Part shown: positions 38,196 through 48,067 of the stretch, piece after piece | Layout: each line of letters starts with the position of its first letter | Numbering within the stretch: position 1 is the stretch's first letter | The notes under the pieces: generated by a model | Database searches by the model: none | Told to the model about the DNA's origin: nothing | What the model saw: the letters and a program-made list of their open reading frames with translations, nothing else | NCBI GenBank assembly: GCA_965223415.1 | Contig: OZ245002.1 | Coordinates: forward strand, 2,272,001 to 2,336,000 | Reading direction: 5' to 3' | DNA length: 64,000 bases | Source of the DNA: Myxococcota bacterium | GTDB taxonomy: Bacteria; Myxococcota_A; UBA9160; UBA6930 | Made by a program: the position numbers and the translations under genes

Positions 38196-38993
38196 GTGAA
38201 CGACAAGGTTCGATTCGAGAAGAGCGAGCGGGTCGCGACGATCACACTCGACCATCCCTCCGCGCGCAACGCCTTCGACTACGAGATGACCCAGGAGCTG
38301 CGGCGTCTCTGGGGCGAGATCAAGGCGGATCCGGAGGTGGTGTGCGTGATCGTCACCGGCGCGGGGGAGAAGGCGTTCTGCACCGGGTGGGACATCAGCT
38401 CGACGGCCGCCGGTGAGAGCCAGCAGTTCGCGAAGCTGGCGCGGCAGGAGGCACCCTATGGCCAGATCACCGCGATCCAGAACCGCTGCTGGAAGCCGGT
38501 GATCACCGCGGTGAACGGCATGTGCATCGGGGGCGGCTTCCACTTCGTGGCGGACAGCGATCTGGTCCTCGCCTCGGAGACGGCGACCTTCTTCGACACC
38601 CATGTGAAGGTCGGCACCGTGGCCGGGCTCGAGCCGGTGGGCCTGGCTCGCCGCATCCCGCTGGAGAGCGTCCTTCGCCTGGCGCTGCTCGGCGGCTCCG
38701 AGCGCATGAACGCCGAGGAGGCCCTGCGCATCGGCCTGGTCGGCGAGGTGCTGCCCCCGGACGAGCTCCTGCCCCGCGCCCGAGCCCTCGCCGCGATGAT
38801 CGCCGAGCACTCGCCCACCGCGTTGGCCCGTACCAAGCAGGCCATCTGGGAGAGCCTCGACCACGGGCTCGAGGCCGGTCTCGACGCCGCCTACGCGCAC
38901 ATCGACGCCCACGCCGACCACCCGGACCAGCTCGAAGGTCCGAAGTCCTTCTTCGAGAAGCGCAAGCCGAAGTGGGCGCCGCAGTCGGAATGA
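38196..38993 (+). CDS. Enoyl-CoA hydratase/isomerase
   Basis: AFCTGWDI, KPVITAVNG, FFDTHV, FFEKRKP. Confidence 0.9.
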   Translation: MNDKVRFEKSERVATITLDHPSARNAFDYEMTQELRRLWGEIKADPEVVCVIVTGAGEKAFCTGWDISSTAAGESQQFAKLARQEAPYGQITAIQNRCWKPVITAVNGMCIGGGFHFVADSDLVLASETATFFDTHVKVGTVAGLEPVGLARRIPLESVLRLALLGGSERMNAEEALRIGLVGEVLPPDELLPRARALAAMIAEHSPTALARTKQAIWESLDHGLEAGLDAAYAHIDAHADHPDQLEGPKSFFEKRKPKWAPQSE

Positions 38994-40954
38994 CGCGTCT
39001 TCTCGCCTTCGCCGCCGCAGCGGCGCTGCTCGGCTGCAGCGCTCCCCCCTCCCTGGACCACGCCGGGCCCACGGCGGAGTGGCCCGAGTGGGGAGGCGAC
39101 AAGGGTGGCTTGCACTACTCGCCTCTCGACCAGGTGAACGCGCGCAACGTCCGTCACCTCGAGCTGGCGTGGGAGCACCGCAGCGGCGACTTCAACGCGC
39201 CCTCCGCCGAGAAGATGCCCACCGGTCTCCAGGTGACGCCGATCGTCACGAACGAGACCCTCTACTACTGCACGCCTTACATGCGCGTCTTCGCTCTCGA
39301 CCCGGAGACCGGCAAGGAACGCTGGTCCTTCGACCCGGAGCTACGCGCGAGCGGCGTCGGCGGGCCCTACCCGCTCACCTGCCGCGGCGTCGCCTACTGG
39401 GAGGCCGATCCGCCCGCCGCCGGTGAGCGCTGCCAGAAGCGCATCCTCTACGGAACGAAGGACTCGGAGCTCTGGGCCCTCGATGCCGATACGGGCAAGC
39501 CCTGCGACGATTTTGGAGAGGGCGGCAGGGTGTGGCTGCGCGAAGGCCTCGAAGGTGATCTTCCGCCTTGGGAGTACTACGTCACCTCGCCACCCCTGGT
39601 CCTGGGCGACCGCCTGATCCTCGGCGCCCTGGTCGCCGACCAGCTGCGCACCGATGCGCCCTCCGGCGTGGTGCGCGCCTTCGACGTTCGGACCGGCGAG
39701 CTTCTCTGGGCCTGGGATCCGGTGCCGCCAGGCTGGGGCAAGGGCCTCCCGGCCAGCGAGCGCTACCACCGCGGCACGCCGAACGTGTGGTCGATCCTCT
39801 CCGGCGACGAGGAGCGCGGCCTGGTCTTCGTCCCCACCGGCAATCCCTCGCCGGACAGCTACGGGGGCGAGCGCGAGGGCGTCGACTTCTACGGCTCCTC
39901 CACCGTCGCGCTGCGCGCCGAGACCGGCGAGGTCGCCTGGCACTTCCAGACCGTGCACCACGACGTCTGGGACTACGACGTCGGCACCCAGCCCGAGCTC
40001 TTCCAGATTGAGGGCGTGGGCGGCGGGCGCCCGGGCGTGCTGCAGGCGACGAAGATGGGCCACGTCTTCCTGCTCGACCGCGAGACCGGCGAGCCCCTCT
40101 ACCCGGTGGAGGAGCGCCCCGTTCCCCAGGACGGCGTGCCCGGCGAGCAGCTCTCGCCCACCCAGCCCTTCCCCACCCATCCGCCGCCGCTCCATCCGAC
40201 CGAGCTGACACCGGAGAATGTCGGCTACACCTTCGCGGATCGGGGCTCCTGCGTGGAGATGCTCGAGAAGCACCGCTGGGACGGCATCTTCACGCCACCC
40301 ACCCTCCAGGGCTCGATCCAGTACCCGCACACCGCCGGCGGGATGAACTGGGGTGGCGTCGCGGTGGACCCGGTGAACGGCGTCATGTTCACGAACCAGA
40401 CCCACATCTCGATGATCGTCGAGATGATCCCGCGGGCGGACTACGAGACGATCCCGCCCGGCGCCGTCGCCTACCCGGACGAGCTCTACCCGATGAGCGG
40501 GACGCCCTACGGCGTGAAGCGCTCGGGCTTCTTCTCCAGCGCCGGCGCGCCCTGCAACCCGACACCCTGGGGCTCGCTGCAGGCCGTCGACCTGAAGAGC
40601 GGCGAGGTGAAGTGGAAGGTGAACCTCGGCACGACGAAGCACCAGGCGCCCTGGCCCCTCTACCTCGTCCCCGGCCTCGGCGACGTGGGTGCGCCGAACT
40701 TCGGCGGCGGCATGGTCACCGCCGGCGGCCTCTTCTTCATCGGCGCCACCACCGATCGCGCCTTCCGCGCCTTCGACGTGGAGACGGGCGACATCGTCTG
40801 GGAGATCGAGCTCCCCTACCAGGCCAACGCCTCGCCCATGAGCTACCGCCTCCGTCCGGACGGACGCCAGTTCGTGGTGGTCGCCGCCGGGGGCAACGCC
40901 ATCTCGAAGCAGGGCGACGCGATCATGGCCTTCGCCCTGCCGGAGCCGCGATGA
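38990..40954 (+). CDS. PQQ-dependent dehydrogenase (glucose/quinate type), lipoprotein
   Basis: LLGC lipobox; HYSPLDQVN, CRGVAYW, HHDVWDYD, GGMNWGG, ASPMSY. Confidence 0.9.
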   Translation: MTRLLAFAAAAALLGCSAPPSLDHAGPTAEWPEWGGDKGGLHYSPLDQVNARNVRHLELAWEHRSGDFNAPSAEKMPTGLQVTPIVTNETLYYCTPYMRVFALDPETGKERWSFDPELRASGVGGPYPLTCRGVAYWEADPPAAGERCQKRILYGTKDSELWALDADTGKPCDDFGEGGRVWLREGLEGDLPPWEYYVTSPPLVLGDRLILGALVADQLRTDAPSGVVRAFDVRTGELLWAWDPVPPGWGKGLPASERYHRGTPNVWSILSGDEERGLVFVPTGNPSPDSYGGEREGVDFYGSSTVALRAETGEVAWHFQTVHHDVWDYDVGTQPELFQIEGVGGGRPGVLQATKMGHVFLLDRETGEPLYPVEERPVPQDGVPGEQLSPTQPFPTHPPPLHPTELTPENVGYTFADRGSCVEMLEKHRWDGIFTPPTLQGSIQYPHTAGGMNWGGVAVDPVNGVMFTNQTHISMIVEMIPRADYETIPPGAVAYPDELYPMSGTPYGVKRSGFFSSAGAPCNPTPWGSLQAVDLKSGEVKWKVNLGTTKHQAPWPLYLVPGLGDVGAPNFGGGMVTAGGLFFIGATTDRAFRAFDVETGDIVWEIELPYQANASPMSYRLRPDGRQFVVVAAGGNAISKQGDAIMAFALPEPR

Positions 40955-41697
40955 GCTACGAGCACATCCTGACGGACACGACGGACGGCGTCGCCACGAT
41001 CACCCTGAACCGGCCCGACAAGCTGAACGCCTACACCACCGAGATGGGCGAGGAGGTGGTCGACGCATTCCGCAGGCTGCGGGACGACGATGGGGTGCAC
41101 GCCGTCATCCTCACCGGCGCCGGCCGCGGCTTCTGCGCCGGCGTGGACCTCGACCACCTGAAGGCCCACCAGGCCGGTGGCAACGCGTCGAAGGGCCCGA
41201 AGCTCGGCGAGGAGGACTTCCTCAAGGTCTTTCCGCTGGAGATGGTGACCTACCCGAAGCCGATCATCGCCGCCGTGAACGGCCACGCGATCGGCGTCGG
41301 CGTGACGATGATCCTGCCCTGCGACATCCGCATCGCCGCCGAGGGCGCGAAGATCGGCCTCACCTTCGTGAAGCTCGGCATCCTGGCCGGCCTCGGCAGC
41401 ACGCACCTGCTGCCGAAGATCGTCGGGCGGGCGCGGGCGATCGAGCTGCTCACCACCGGGCGCGTGCTGAAGGCGCCGGAGGCCTTCGAGATGGGGCTCG
41501 TGAACCGCGTCGTTCCGGCGGACGCGCTGATGGACGAGGCGCGCGCCCTCGCGGCGTCCTTCTCCGACAGCCGCCCCGAGGTGGTCGCGGCCGCCAAGGC
41601 TGCCGTGACCTTCGGTGAGGACCACACGATGGAAGAGGCCATGCGCAACGAGGAGCGCGTGAGCGCCGAGCTGCGCAAGGCGAGGGAGGAGGGCTGA
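40951..41697 (+). CDS. Enoyl-CoA hydratase/isomerase
   Basis: LNRPDKLNA, FCAGVDL, KPIIAAVNGHAIGVG. Confidence 0.9.
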   Translation: MSYEHILTDTTDGVATITLNRPDKLNAYTTEMGEEVVDAFRRLRDDDGVHAVILTGAGRGFCAGVDLDHLKAHQAGGNASKGPKLGEEDFLKVFPLEMVTYPKPIIAAVNGHAIGVGVTMILPCDIRIAAEGAKIGLTFVKLGILAGLGSTHLLPKIVGRARAIELLTTGRVLKAPEAFEMGLVNRVVPADALMDEARALAASFSDSRPEVVAAAKAAVTFGEDHTMEEAMRNEERVSAELRKAREEG

Positions 41698-42872
41698 TGG
41701 ATTTCGAGCTCACTCCGGAAGAGCAGGCCTTCGAGGCCGAGGTCGAGGCGTTCCTGAGCGAGCACCACTCGCCGGAGGTCATGGACGCCCACCCGGAGCA
41801 GCTCTCCCAGACCGTGGAGACGCCGGCCAAGCGCGCCTTCATGCGCAAGCTCGCCGAGAAGGGCTGGCTCGGCATGTCCTGGCCGAAGGAGTACGGCGGC
41901 CAGGAGAAGTCCGGCATCTACGACTTCATCCTCACGGAAGCGCTCTCCCGCCACGGAGCGCCCCAGCCCGGCAAGGGTGTGGGCATCGTCGGCAAGACGA
42001 TCATCCGCAACGGCTCGGAGCGCATGAAGCGGGAGTTCCTGCCCCAGATCATCCGCGGCGAGATCGAGTTCGCCATCGGCTACAGCGAGCCGAACGCCGG
42101 CTCCGACGCCGCCAACATGCAGCTCAAGGCCGAGAAGGTCGAGGGCGGCTGGCTGCTGAACGGCCAGAAGACCTGGACCACCTCCGCCCACTTCGTCGAC
42201 TGGTACTGGGTCGGAGCGCGCACCGACCCGAGCCACAAGCACAAGGGCATCACGCTCTTCCTCATCCCGATGGACCACGAAGGCTTCACGATCCGCCCCG
42301 TGCACACCATCGGAGACGAGCGCACGAACGAGGTGTTCTTCGACGCCGTGTTCGTCTCGGACGACTACGTGGTGGGCGAAGTGAACCGGGGCTGGACCTA
42401 CATCTGCGAAGCCCTCGACCTGGAGCGCTTCGCGATGATGCCGGTCGGGCCGTTGGAGATGAAGGTGGGCGCCCTCTGCGACTGGGTTCGCACCGCCCAG
42501 CGGGACGGCGAGCCCGTGAAGGATCGTCCCGATGCCCGGGAGGGCGTCGCCGACGCTGTCACCGAGCTCGAGGTATCGCGGATGCTCCAGCGCCGCGTCA
42601 TCTCCGCCGCCCTGGAAGGCGGTGTCCCCACCATCGAGTCGAGCCAGTACAAGCTCTTCATGAACGAGACCGGCCAACGCGTGGCCGACGCCGCCCTCGA
42701 CCTGATGGGTCCCGAAGGCCAGCTGGGGCCCGACCAGCCCGGCGCCCCCCTGAACGGCCGCTTCGAGCGCAGCTACCGCTACACCGTCGTCGACACCATC
42801 GGCGGCGGCGCCAGCGAGATCCAGAAGAACATCATCGCCCGCCGCGGCCTGGGCCTCCCCCCCACCTTCTGA
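41697..42872 (+). CDS. Acyl-CoA dehydrogenase (FadE26/FadE29-like)
   Basis: EIEFAIGYSEP, KHKGITLF, IGGGASEIQKNIIA. Confidence 0.9.
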   Translation: MDFELTPEEQAFEAEVEAFLSEHHSPEVMDAHPEQLSQTVETPAKRAFMRKLAEKGWLGMSWPKEYGGQEKSGIYDFILTEALSRHGAPQPGKGVGIVGKTIIRNGSERMKREFLPQIIRGEIEFAIGYSEPNAGSDAANMQLKAEKVEGGWLLNGQKTWTTSAHFVDWYWVGARTDPSHKHKGITLFLIPMDHEGFTIRPVHTIGDERTNEVFFDAVFVSDDYVVGEVNRGWTYICEALDLERFAMMPVGPLEMKVGALCDWVRTAQRDGEPVKDRPDAREGVADAVTELEVSRMLQRRVISAALEGGVPTIESSQYKLFMNETGQRVADAALDLMGPEGQLGPDQPGAPLNGRFERSYRYTVVDTIGGGASEIQKNIIARRGLGLPPTF

Positions 42873-42880
42873 CCACCGAA

Positions 42881-42963
42881 TGAAGAAACGGGGCCAGAGT
42901 TAAGAATGAAGTTCTCGCCCCTCGGGGCCTTTCTTCATTCTTAACTCTGGCCCCGTTTCTTCA
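42881..42963. repeat. Perfect 31-bp inverted repeat with 21-nt spacer (REP doublet or bidirectional terminator)
   Basis: TGAAGAAACGGGGCCAGAGTTAAGAATGAAG at 42881-42911 and its reverse complement at 42933-42963, between convergent genes. Confidence 0.85.
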
Positions 42964-43009
42964 CGCGATCACGCTGGAAGGAGCGAAGCGCGGCTCGTCG
43001 AGAGAGCCG

Positions 43010-43729
43010 CTACGCCCCGTCCTGGAGCTGGCAGACGTAAAGGATGTGGGGGTAGGGAAGCCAGTCCCGCATGCGGTGGGTCTTGACGTCGAAGCCGAGC
43101 CCTTCGAGGAGCGCCTTCATTTCGGACGGCGGCCAATAACGGATCGGTTCCTTCCAGCCGACCATCAGGCGGTCGAGCAGGAGGGTGAACCACATCTTCC
43201 AGCGCGGGCGGTCCTCCACCTCCTTGACGAGCAGCGTTCCGCCCGGGCGCAGGCAGCGGCGTAGGCGGGTGAGGAAGGGCGCGACCTCGTCCTGGGGAAG
43301 GTGGTGGAGCAGGTCGAGGACGTAGGCGGCGTCGAAGCTCTCGTCCGTGTCCCACTCGGCGGCGTCGGCCACCTCGTAGCGGGCGTTGTCGAGGCCCATG
43401 CGTCGCACGGCCTCGTTGGCGTCGGCGATCCGGCGCTGGTTGATGTCGATGCCGAACATCTGCCGGCCCGGCTCGCGGGCGGCGAAGTACAGGGAGAAGA
43501 AGCCGAAGCCGCAGCCCAGGTCGAGCACCCGGCCGTGCGCCGGAAGGTACTGGCCGATCTCCTCCAGAAAGATCTCGCGCAGGATGGTGAAGCGGCCCCG
43601 GGAGTAGAGGCGGATGACCCAGCTGTCGAAGGCGCCGATCACGTTTTCGATCGGGTCGCCGATGGGAGTCAGGGCGTCGCTCCCGGCGTCCTGCTCATGA
43701 GCTGCGCTTTGCTGCACGTCCGACCCCAT
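43010..43729 (-). CDS. Class I SAM-dependent methyltransferase
   Basis: VLDLGCGFG, DLLHHL, LRPGGTLLVKE. Confidence 0.88.
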   Translation of the reverse strand: MGSDVQQSAAHEQDAGSDALTPIGDPIENVIGAFDSWVIRLYSRGRFTILREIFLEEIGQYLPAHGRVLDLGCGFGFFSLYFAAREPGRQMFGIDINQRRIADANEAVRRMGLDNARYEVADAAEWDTDESFDAAYVLDLLHHLPQDEVAPFLTRLRRCLRPGGTLLVKEVEDRPRWKMWFTLLLDRLMVGWKEPIRYWPPSEMKALLEGLGFDVKTHRMRDWLPYPHILYVCQLQDGA

Positions 43730-43857
43730 GCCAAGATGGTAACGCCTTCGTGGGTGGCGCCTGTGGCCTCGTCGGTGTCGCCGGCCGTTCGGCCGGGGTG
43801 CCGAAGCCCATTGTGTCCGCACGGCTGGAGAGCCCGTTGCCGATTCCCGATGCATCC

Positions 43858-45552
43858 GTGAACGGCCAGGGGAAGGGCCGCCTGCTGGGCCCCGCCGTGC
43901 TCGCGGCGGCCCTGGCCTGTGCCGCAGTGATCCTCGGGATCCACCGCGAGAGCCCTTTCACGCTGGTTTCCGCCCACGGTCTCCTTCACTCGGCCATCGC
44001 CGAACGCTTCTTGATCGCGCCGGGCGTGTTTCCGCCCGAGAACCCCTTCTTCGCCGGCGAGCCCCTCGCCTACTACTGGACCCTGCACGCGCTGGCGGCC
44101 GGGCTCGCGAGCGCCACCGGCCTCGACGTGCTGCGCGCGATCGAGGCGATCGTGGTCGCCGGGGCGATGGCCCTGGTGGTGCTCGCCGCCGGCCTCGGGC
44201 GCAGCTGGCACGGCCGGGTCGGCTTCGGGCTGGTGGTGGCCTTCCTGGTGCTGGCCGGGGCCCACGCCCAGGCGCCGCTGGTGCTGGCCGGCCGGGCACT
44301 CCTCGCCGGCGGGCTCCCGGTCGACGACGGCACGTACCTGTGGGGTCTCGTGCACCCCGCGTCCCATTGGATGCGGATCGGCGATCCCTACGGCCAGCTC
44401 GGCCCCCTGGTCAACTACTTCCTGAACACGACCTCCCGGCCGCTCGCCCTCGCGACCCTGGTCGGCGTGCTGTGGGCGCTCGGCGCGGCGCTCCGCGGTG
44501 TGCGGCGGGCGTGGCTCGCGCTCCTGCTCGCGACGGCGCTGCTCTCCCTGTGGAGCCCGATCGTCGCGATCGCCGGCGGGCTCTCGCTGGTCGGCGCGTT
44601 GGCGGTCGTGGCGGTGGCGCGACACGTCGGGCTCCTCGGGCTCGACGAAGCGGCCCGCTTCTCGGCGCTGTTCGCCGGGGCGGCGATCCTGGGCGGGATC
44701 GCCCTCGGCTTCCCCAGCTACGGTCACCTGCTCGGCGGCGTTGGCGGCGAGGGCAACGGGCTCCTCGGCGGAGGCTGGCTCACGGCGCTGCACAATGCGC
44801 TCGGCGCCTTCGCCTCCGGATGGGCCGTGGCCGCGCTGGCCGCGCTGGGGTGGTGGCGTGCACCGAAGGCGCGCCGGGCGGAGCTCGCGGTGTGCCTGGT
44901 GGCGGCGGCGCCCCTGCTGCTCGCGACGGCGCTCATCGTGCTGCCCGCCGGCAACTTCGTGAACTTTTACCACGTGGCCCTCGTGCTGCTCGCCGTGCCG
45001 GCGGCCGGTGCGCTCCGTGCGGCCGACGGCAGCCTCGCCTGGCGGCCCCTGGCCGTCGTGCTGCTCCTCTTCGGCCCGACCCTGCTGCTGGTCCTGTGGA
45101 CCTACACCGGGCGCCCGCCCACGGAGGTCGCGGTTCGCGAAGGTCGGCTGGTGCAGCGGGACGGGCCTCGCGCGGTGGTCTACGACTGGCTCCGGGATCG
45201 CTCGCCCGCCGACTCCGTGGTCGTGATCGATCCCGGCCCGCCGACCCGGGCCTCCCAGGGCAATACGGCGGAGCTGCCCGCGCTGACCGGGCGCAGCCTG
45301 TGGACCGAGCGGGCGCATCACTACATCGTGTCGCCCTACCCGGACGTCGCCCAGCGCGTGGAGATCGCCCAGAGGCTCGCGGCCGGCCACCCAGCGAAGC
45401 CGGACGGCGAGGCCCGGCTCTCCGCTCTGGGCCGACCGCTCTTCGTGCTGGTGGAAGGGCCCGCTCGCACCGGAGCCGCGCTGAGCTGGGGCGAGCCGGT
45501 CGTCGAGGCCGGAGAGCTGGCCCTCTTCCAATGGCGGCCGACCGCGCGCTGA
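43858..45552 (+). CDS. Polytopic membrane protein, DUF2298/GT-C glycosyltransferase-like
   Basis: NPFFAGEPLAYYW loop followed by many TM helices and a C-terminal soluble domain. Confidence 0.55.
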   Translation: MNGQGKGRLLGPAVLAAALACAAVILGIHRESPFTLVSAHGLLHSAIAERFLIAPGVFPPENPFFAGEPLAYYWTLHALAAGLASATGLDVLRAIEAIVVAGAMALVVLAAGLGRSWHGRVGFGLVVAFLVLAGAHAQAPLVLAGRALLAGGLPVDDGTYLWGLVHPASHWMRIGDPYGQLGPLVNYFLNTTSRPLALATLVGVLWALGAALRGVRRAWLALLLATALLSLWSPIVAIAGGLSLVGALAVVAVARHVGLLGLDEAARFSALFAGAAILGGIALGFPSYGHLLGGVGGEGNGLLGGGWLTALHNALGAFASGWAVAALAALGWWRAPKARRAELAVCLVAAAPLLLATALIVLPAGNFVNFYHVALVLLAVPAAGALRAADGSLAWRPLAVVLLLFGPTLLLVLWTYTGRPPTEVAVREGRLVQRDGPRAVVYDWLRDRSPADSVVVIDPGPPTRASQGNTAELPALTGRSLWTERAHHYIVSPYPDVAQRVEIAQRLAAGHPAKPDGEARLSALGRPLFVLVEGPARTGAALSWGEPVVEAGELALFQWRPTAR

Positions 45553-45597
45553 GGCCCGCGGGTCAGTCTCCCCCGCCGTTTCGCCGATGCGTCCGTC

Positions 45598-46050
45598 ATG
45601 CCCGCGCAACGACCGCCCGGCGAGCTGCTCCTCCAGATGCTGCGCGATCGCAGCCCGCTGATCCGCTACGCGCCGGGGGTCCTCGCCGCCTTCTTCGCGA
45701 TCTGTGTGATCGGCGCGTTCACGAAGGAGGGCAAGGAACGCGGGGAGCTCCTCTTCTATGCGGTGATGATCGCCGCCGTCGCCTCGCCGTTCGTGCTGCG
45801 TCGCCACCCACGTCTCCAGGGCGCAGCGATGGTGTTCAAGTTCCTGGTCGGCTTCGCCCTGTGTCTCGCGGGCGTCGCGGGATTCGTGTTCTCGATCGTG
45901 CTCTTCAAGGCTGGGAGCTACGGAATCCTGGGCGGGATGGTGTTCCTGCCCCTCTCGCTCGGCGCCCTCGTGTTCGGCTGGACCCTGATGATGCTGCCGG
46001 CGGTGCCGCCTCCCACCGCAGGGGCCCAGAACGCTCCAGAAGGCTCCTGA
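45598..46050 (+). CDS. Hypothetical membrane protein
   Basis: Four hydrophobic segments. Confidence 0.6.
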   Translation: MPAQRPPGELLLQMLRDRSPLIRYAPGVLAAFFAICVIGAFTKEGKERGELLFYAVMIAAVASPFVLRRHPRLQGAAMVFKFLVGFALCLAGVAGFVFSIVLFKAGSYGILGGMVFLPLSLGALVFGWTLMMLPAVPPPTAGAQNAPEGS

Positions 46051-46132
46051 ACGTCCGGACAGGCGTTTTTGACGGTCTTTCAAATACGCGGCCGGGGTGG
46101 TAGGATCGGGCTTCCGACCAGGAGGCTCCCCC

Positions 46133-47308
46133 ATGACCGATCTCGGCTACCCGGTCTACGACGCGGACAACCACTTCTACGAGACCGAAGAGGCGATGAC
46201 CGCCCACCTTCCGAAGAAATACCGGAAGGAGTTCCAGTACGTCGACGTGAACGGCCGCCGCAAGCTCGCGGTCGGCGGGTTCATCTCGGAGTACATCCCC
46301 AACCCCACCTTCGAGGTAGTGGCGGCGCCGGGCGCCCACGAGGCCTGGTACCGGGGCAAGAACACGGAAGGGCTCTCCTTCCGGGAGCTCTCGGGCACGC
46401 CGATCCGCTGCCCCGAGTCCTATCGCAACGGCGAGGATCGCCTCGAGCTGATGGACGAGCAGGGGATCCACGCGACGCTGGTGTTCCCGACCCTCGCCAG
46501 CGTGGTCGAAGAGAACATGAACCACGACCACGAGCTGGTGAATGCGGTGATCCACTCGCTCAACATCTGGATGGACGAGCAGTGGGGCTTCCACGAGCGG
46601 GAGCGCTTGTTCACCGTGCCCTTCGTGACACTGATGGACGTGGATATGGCGGTGGCCGAGCTGGAGTGGGCGCTCGAGCGCGGCGCGCGAACCGTGGGCG
46701 TTCGGCCGGCGCCGGTGCCGGGCTACCGGGGCTCGCGCTCCTTCGGTTTCCCGGAGTTCGATCCGTTCTGGGCGCGGGTGCAGGAGGCCGGGATCTTCGT
46801 GTCGATGCACGCGTCGGATTCCGGCTACGACCGCTACTCGCGCATGTGGCAGGGCGGCAAGGAGTTCCTGCCCTTTCAGCCGGATCCGTTCAAGCTGTGT
46901 ATGGGCGGTGGCAGCCGCGCGATCGCCGATTCGATGGCGGCGTTCATCTGCCACGGCGTCTTCGAGCGCTTCCCCGGCATCAAGGTGGCGAGCGTCGAGA
47001 ACGGCTCGAAGTGGGTGAAGCCGCTGCTGCAGACCTTCGAGCACGTCTACGGCCAGATGCCCAAGGAGTTCGCGCAGCACCCGGTGGAGCAGTTCCGGGA
47101 GCACGTCTACGTGGCGCCCTTCTACGAGGAGCCCATCGGCGAGCTCGCCGAGCTGATCGGCGTGAGCCAGATCCTCTTCGGCTCCGACTACCCGCACCCG
47201 GAAGGTCTCGCGGATCCCGTCGGCTTCGTCGACGAGCTCGGCGACCTCTCTCCCGCGGATCAGCGAAAGGTCATGAGCGACAACCTTCGAGAGCTCCTCG
47301 CCGCCTGA
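46133..47308 (+). CDS. Amidohydrolase 2 family protein
   Basis: YDADNHFYE, MHASDSGY, FGSDYPHPEG; AGGAGG RBS. Confidence 0.9.
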   Translation: MTDLGYPVYDADNHFYETEEAMTAHLPKKYRKEFQYVDVNGRRKLAVGGFISEYIPNPTFEVVAAPGAHEAWYRGKNTEGLSFRELSGTPIRCPESYRNGEDRLELMDEQGIHATLVFPTLASVVEENMNHDHELVNAVIHSLNIWMDEQWGFHERERLFTVPFVTLMDVDMAVAELEWALERGARTVGVRPAPVPGYRGSRSFGFPEFDPFWARVQEAGIFVSMHASDSGYDRYSRMWQGGKEFLPFQPDPFKLCMGGGSRAIADSMAAFICHGVFERFPGIKVASVENGSKWVKPLLQTFEHVYGQMPKEFAQHPVEQFREHVYVAPFYEEPIGELAELIGVSQILFGSDYPHPEGLADPVGFVDELGDLSPADQRKVMSDNLRELLAA

Positions 47309-47323
47309 TCGCAACCCAACCAA

Positions 47324-47358
47324 CAACTTAACAAACGGAACCGGTCTCTAGCTTAACA
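47324..47358 (-). repeat. REP-like repeat copy
   Basis: Minus strand TGTTAAGCTAGAGACCGGTTCCGTTTGTTAAGTTG. Confidence 0.7.
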
Positions 47359-48067
47359 GGGTGTCGGGGTTGGTGGTGAAGTCGCGGTAGGAGTCGGGGA
47401 CGCGGAGGGCGTGCTCGGGGCGGCCGGGCTGGAAGGTGTAGCAGACGGGGCCGTTGCCGATGTCGCTGGCGCGTTGCCATTGGGCGGTGTCGAAGTGGCG
47501 CACGGGGGAGACGAACCAGGCTCGGCGCAGGACGATGGCGGCCTCGGCGAGCTCCGGGTCGAGGTTCTCCTGGCACCAGGCCATGAAGCGGCGTTGGAGG
47601 GGGACGCCGGTGAAAGGGGCCGGACCGGCGATCTCTGCTTCGCCGATCTGCCACTCGAGAACGGGCTCACCGTCGCGGACGCAGCGCGCGATCGTTCGGC
47701 CCGCCTCGTCGTCCTGCACCGTACAGTGGTACTCGCGCCGCGGCGTGCCGCGGGCGGCCTGGGCTACGACCAGGCCCGCCAGGTCGAACTGATGGGTGCA
47801 GGCATGAGTGGGCTCGGCGTGGCGGCCGACCGCGGTGCTGCTCTCGGAGAGCGGCATGCCGACGAGCTTCTGCAGCTCTCCCGCTGCGTGGGGGCAGCTC
47901 GTCCACGGATGGCGCACAGCCTCGCCGCGGATGGCGGTCACCCGCTTGCCGTCGTGGGCGAGCCAGACGCGGAAGTGATGCGGGTTGTCGGCGACGTCGC
48001 CCTGGAGCTCGCGCCCCTCCACGACGATGCGGATCTTCCGGTGGTAGGCGGGTGTGCCCAGGGTCAG
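47348..48067 (-). CDS. DUF2889-like protein; start uncertain
   Basis: YHRKIRI, DNPHHF, PWTSCP, CTHQFDLA, CYTFQP. Confidence 0.7.
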   Translation of the reverse strand: MTLGTPAYHRKIRIVVEGRELQGDVADNPHHFRVWLAHDGKRVTAIRGEAVRHPWTSCPHAAGELQKLVGMPLSESSTAVGRHAEPTHACTHQFDLAGLVVAQAARGTPRREYHCTVQDDEAGRTIARCVRDGEPVLEWQIGEAEIAGPAPFTGVPLQRRFMAWCQENLDPELAEAAIVLRRAWFVSPVRHFDTAQWQRASDIGNGPVCYTFQPGRPEHALRVPDSYRDFTTNPDTLLS

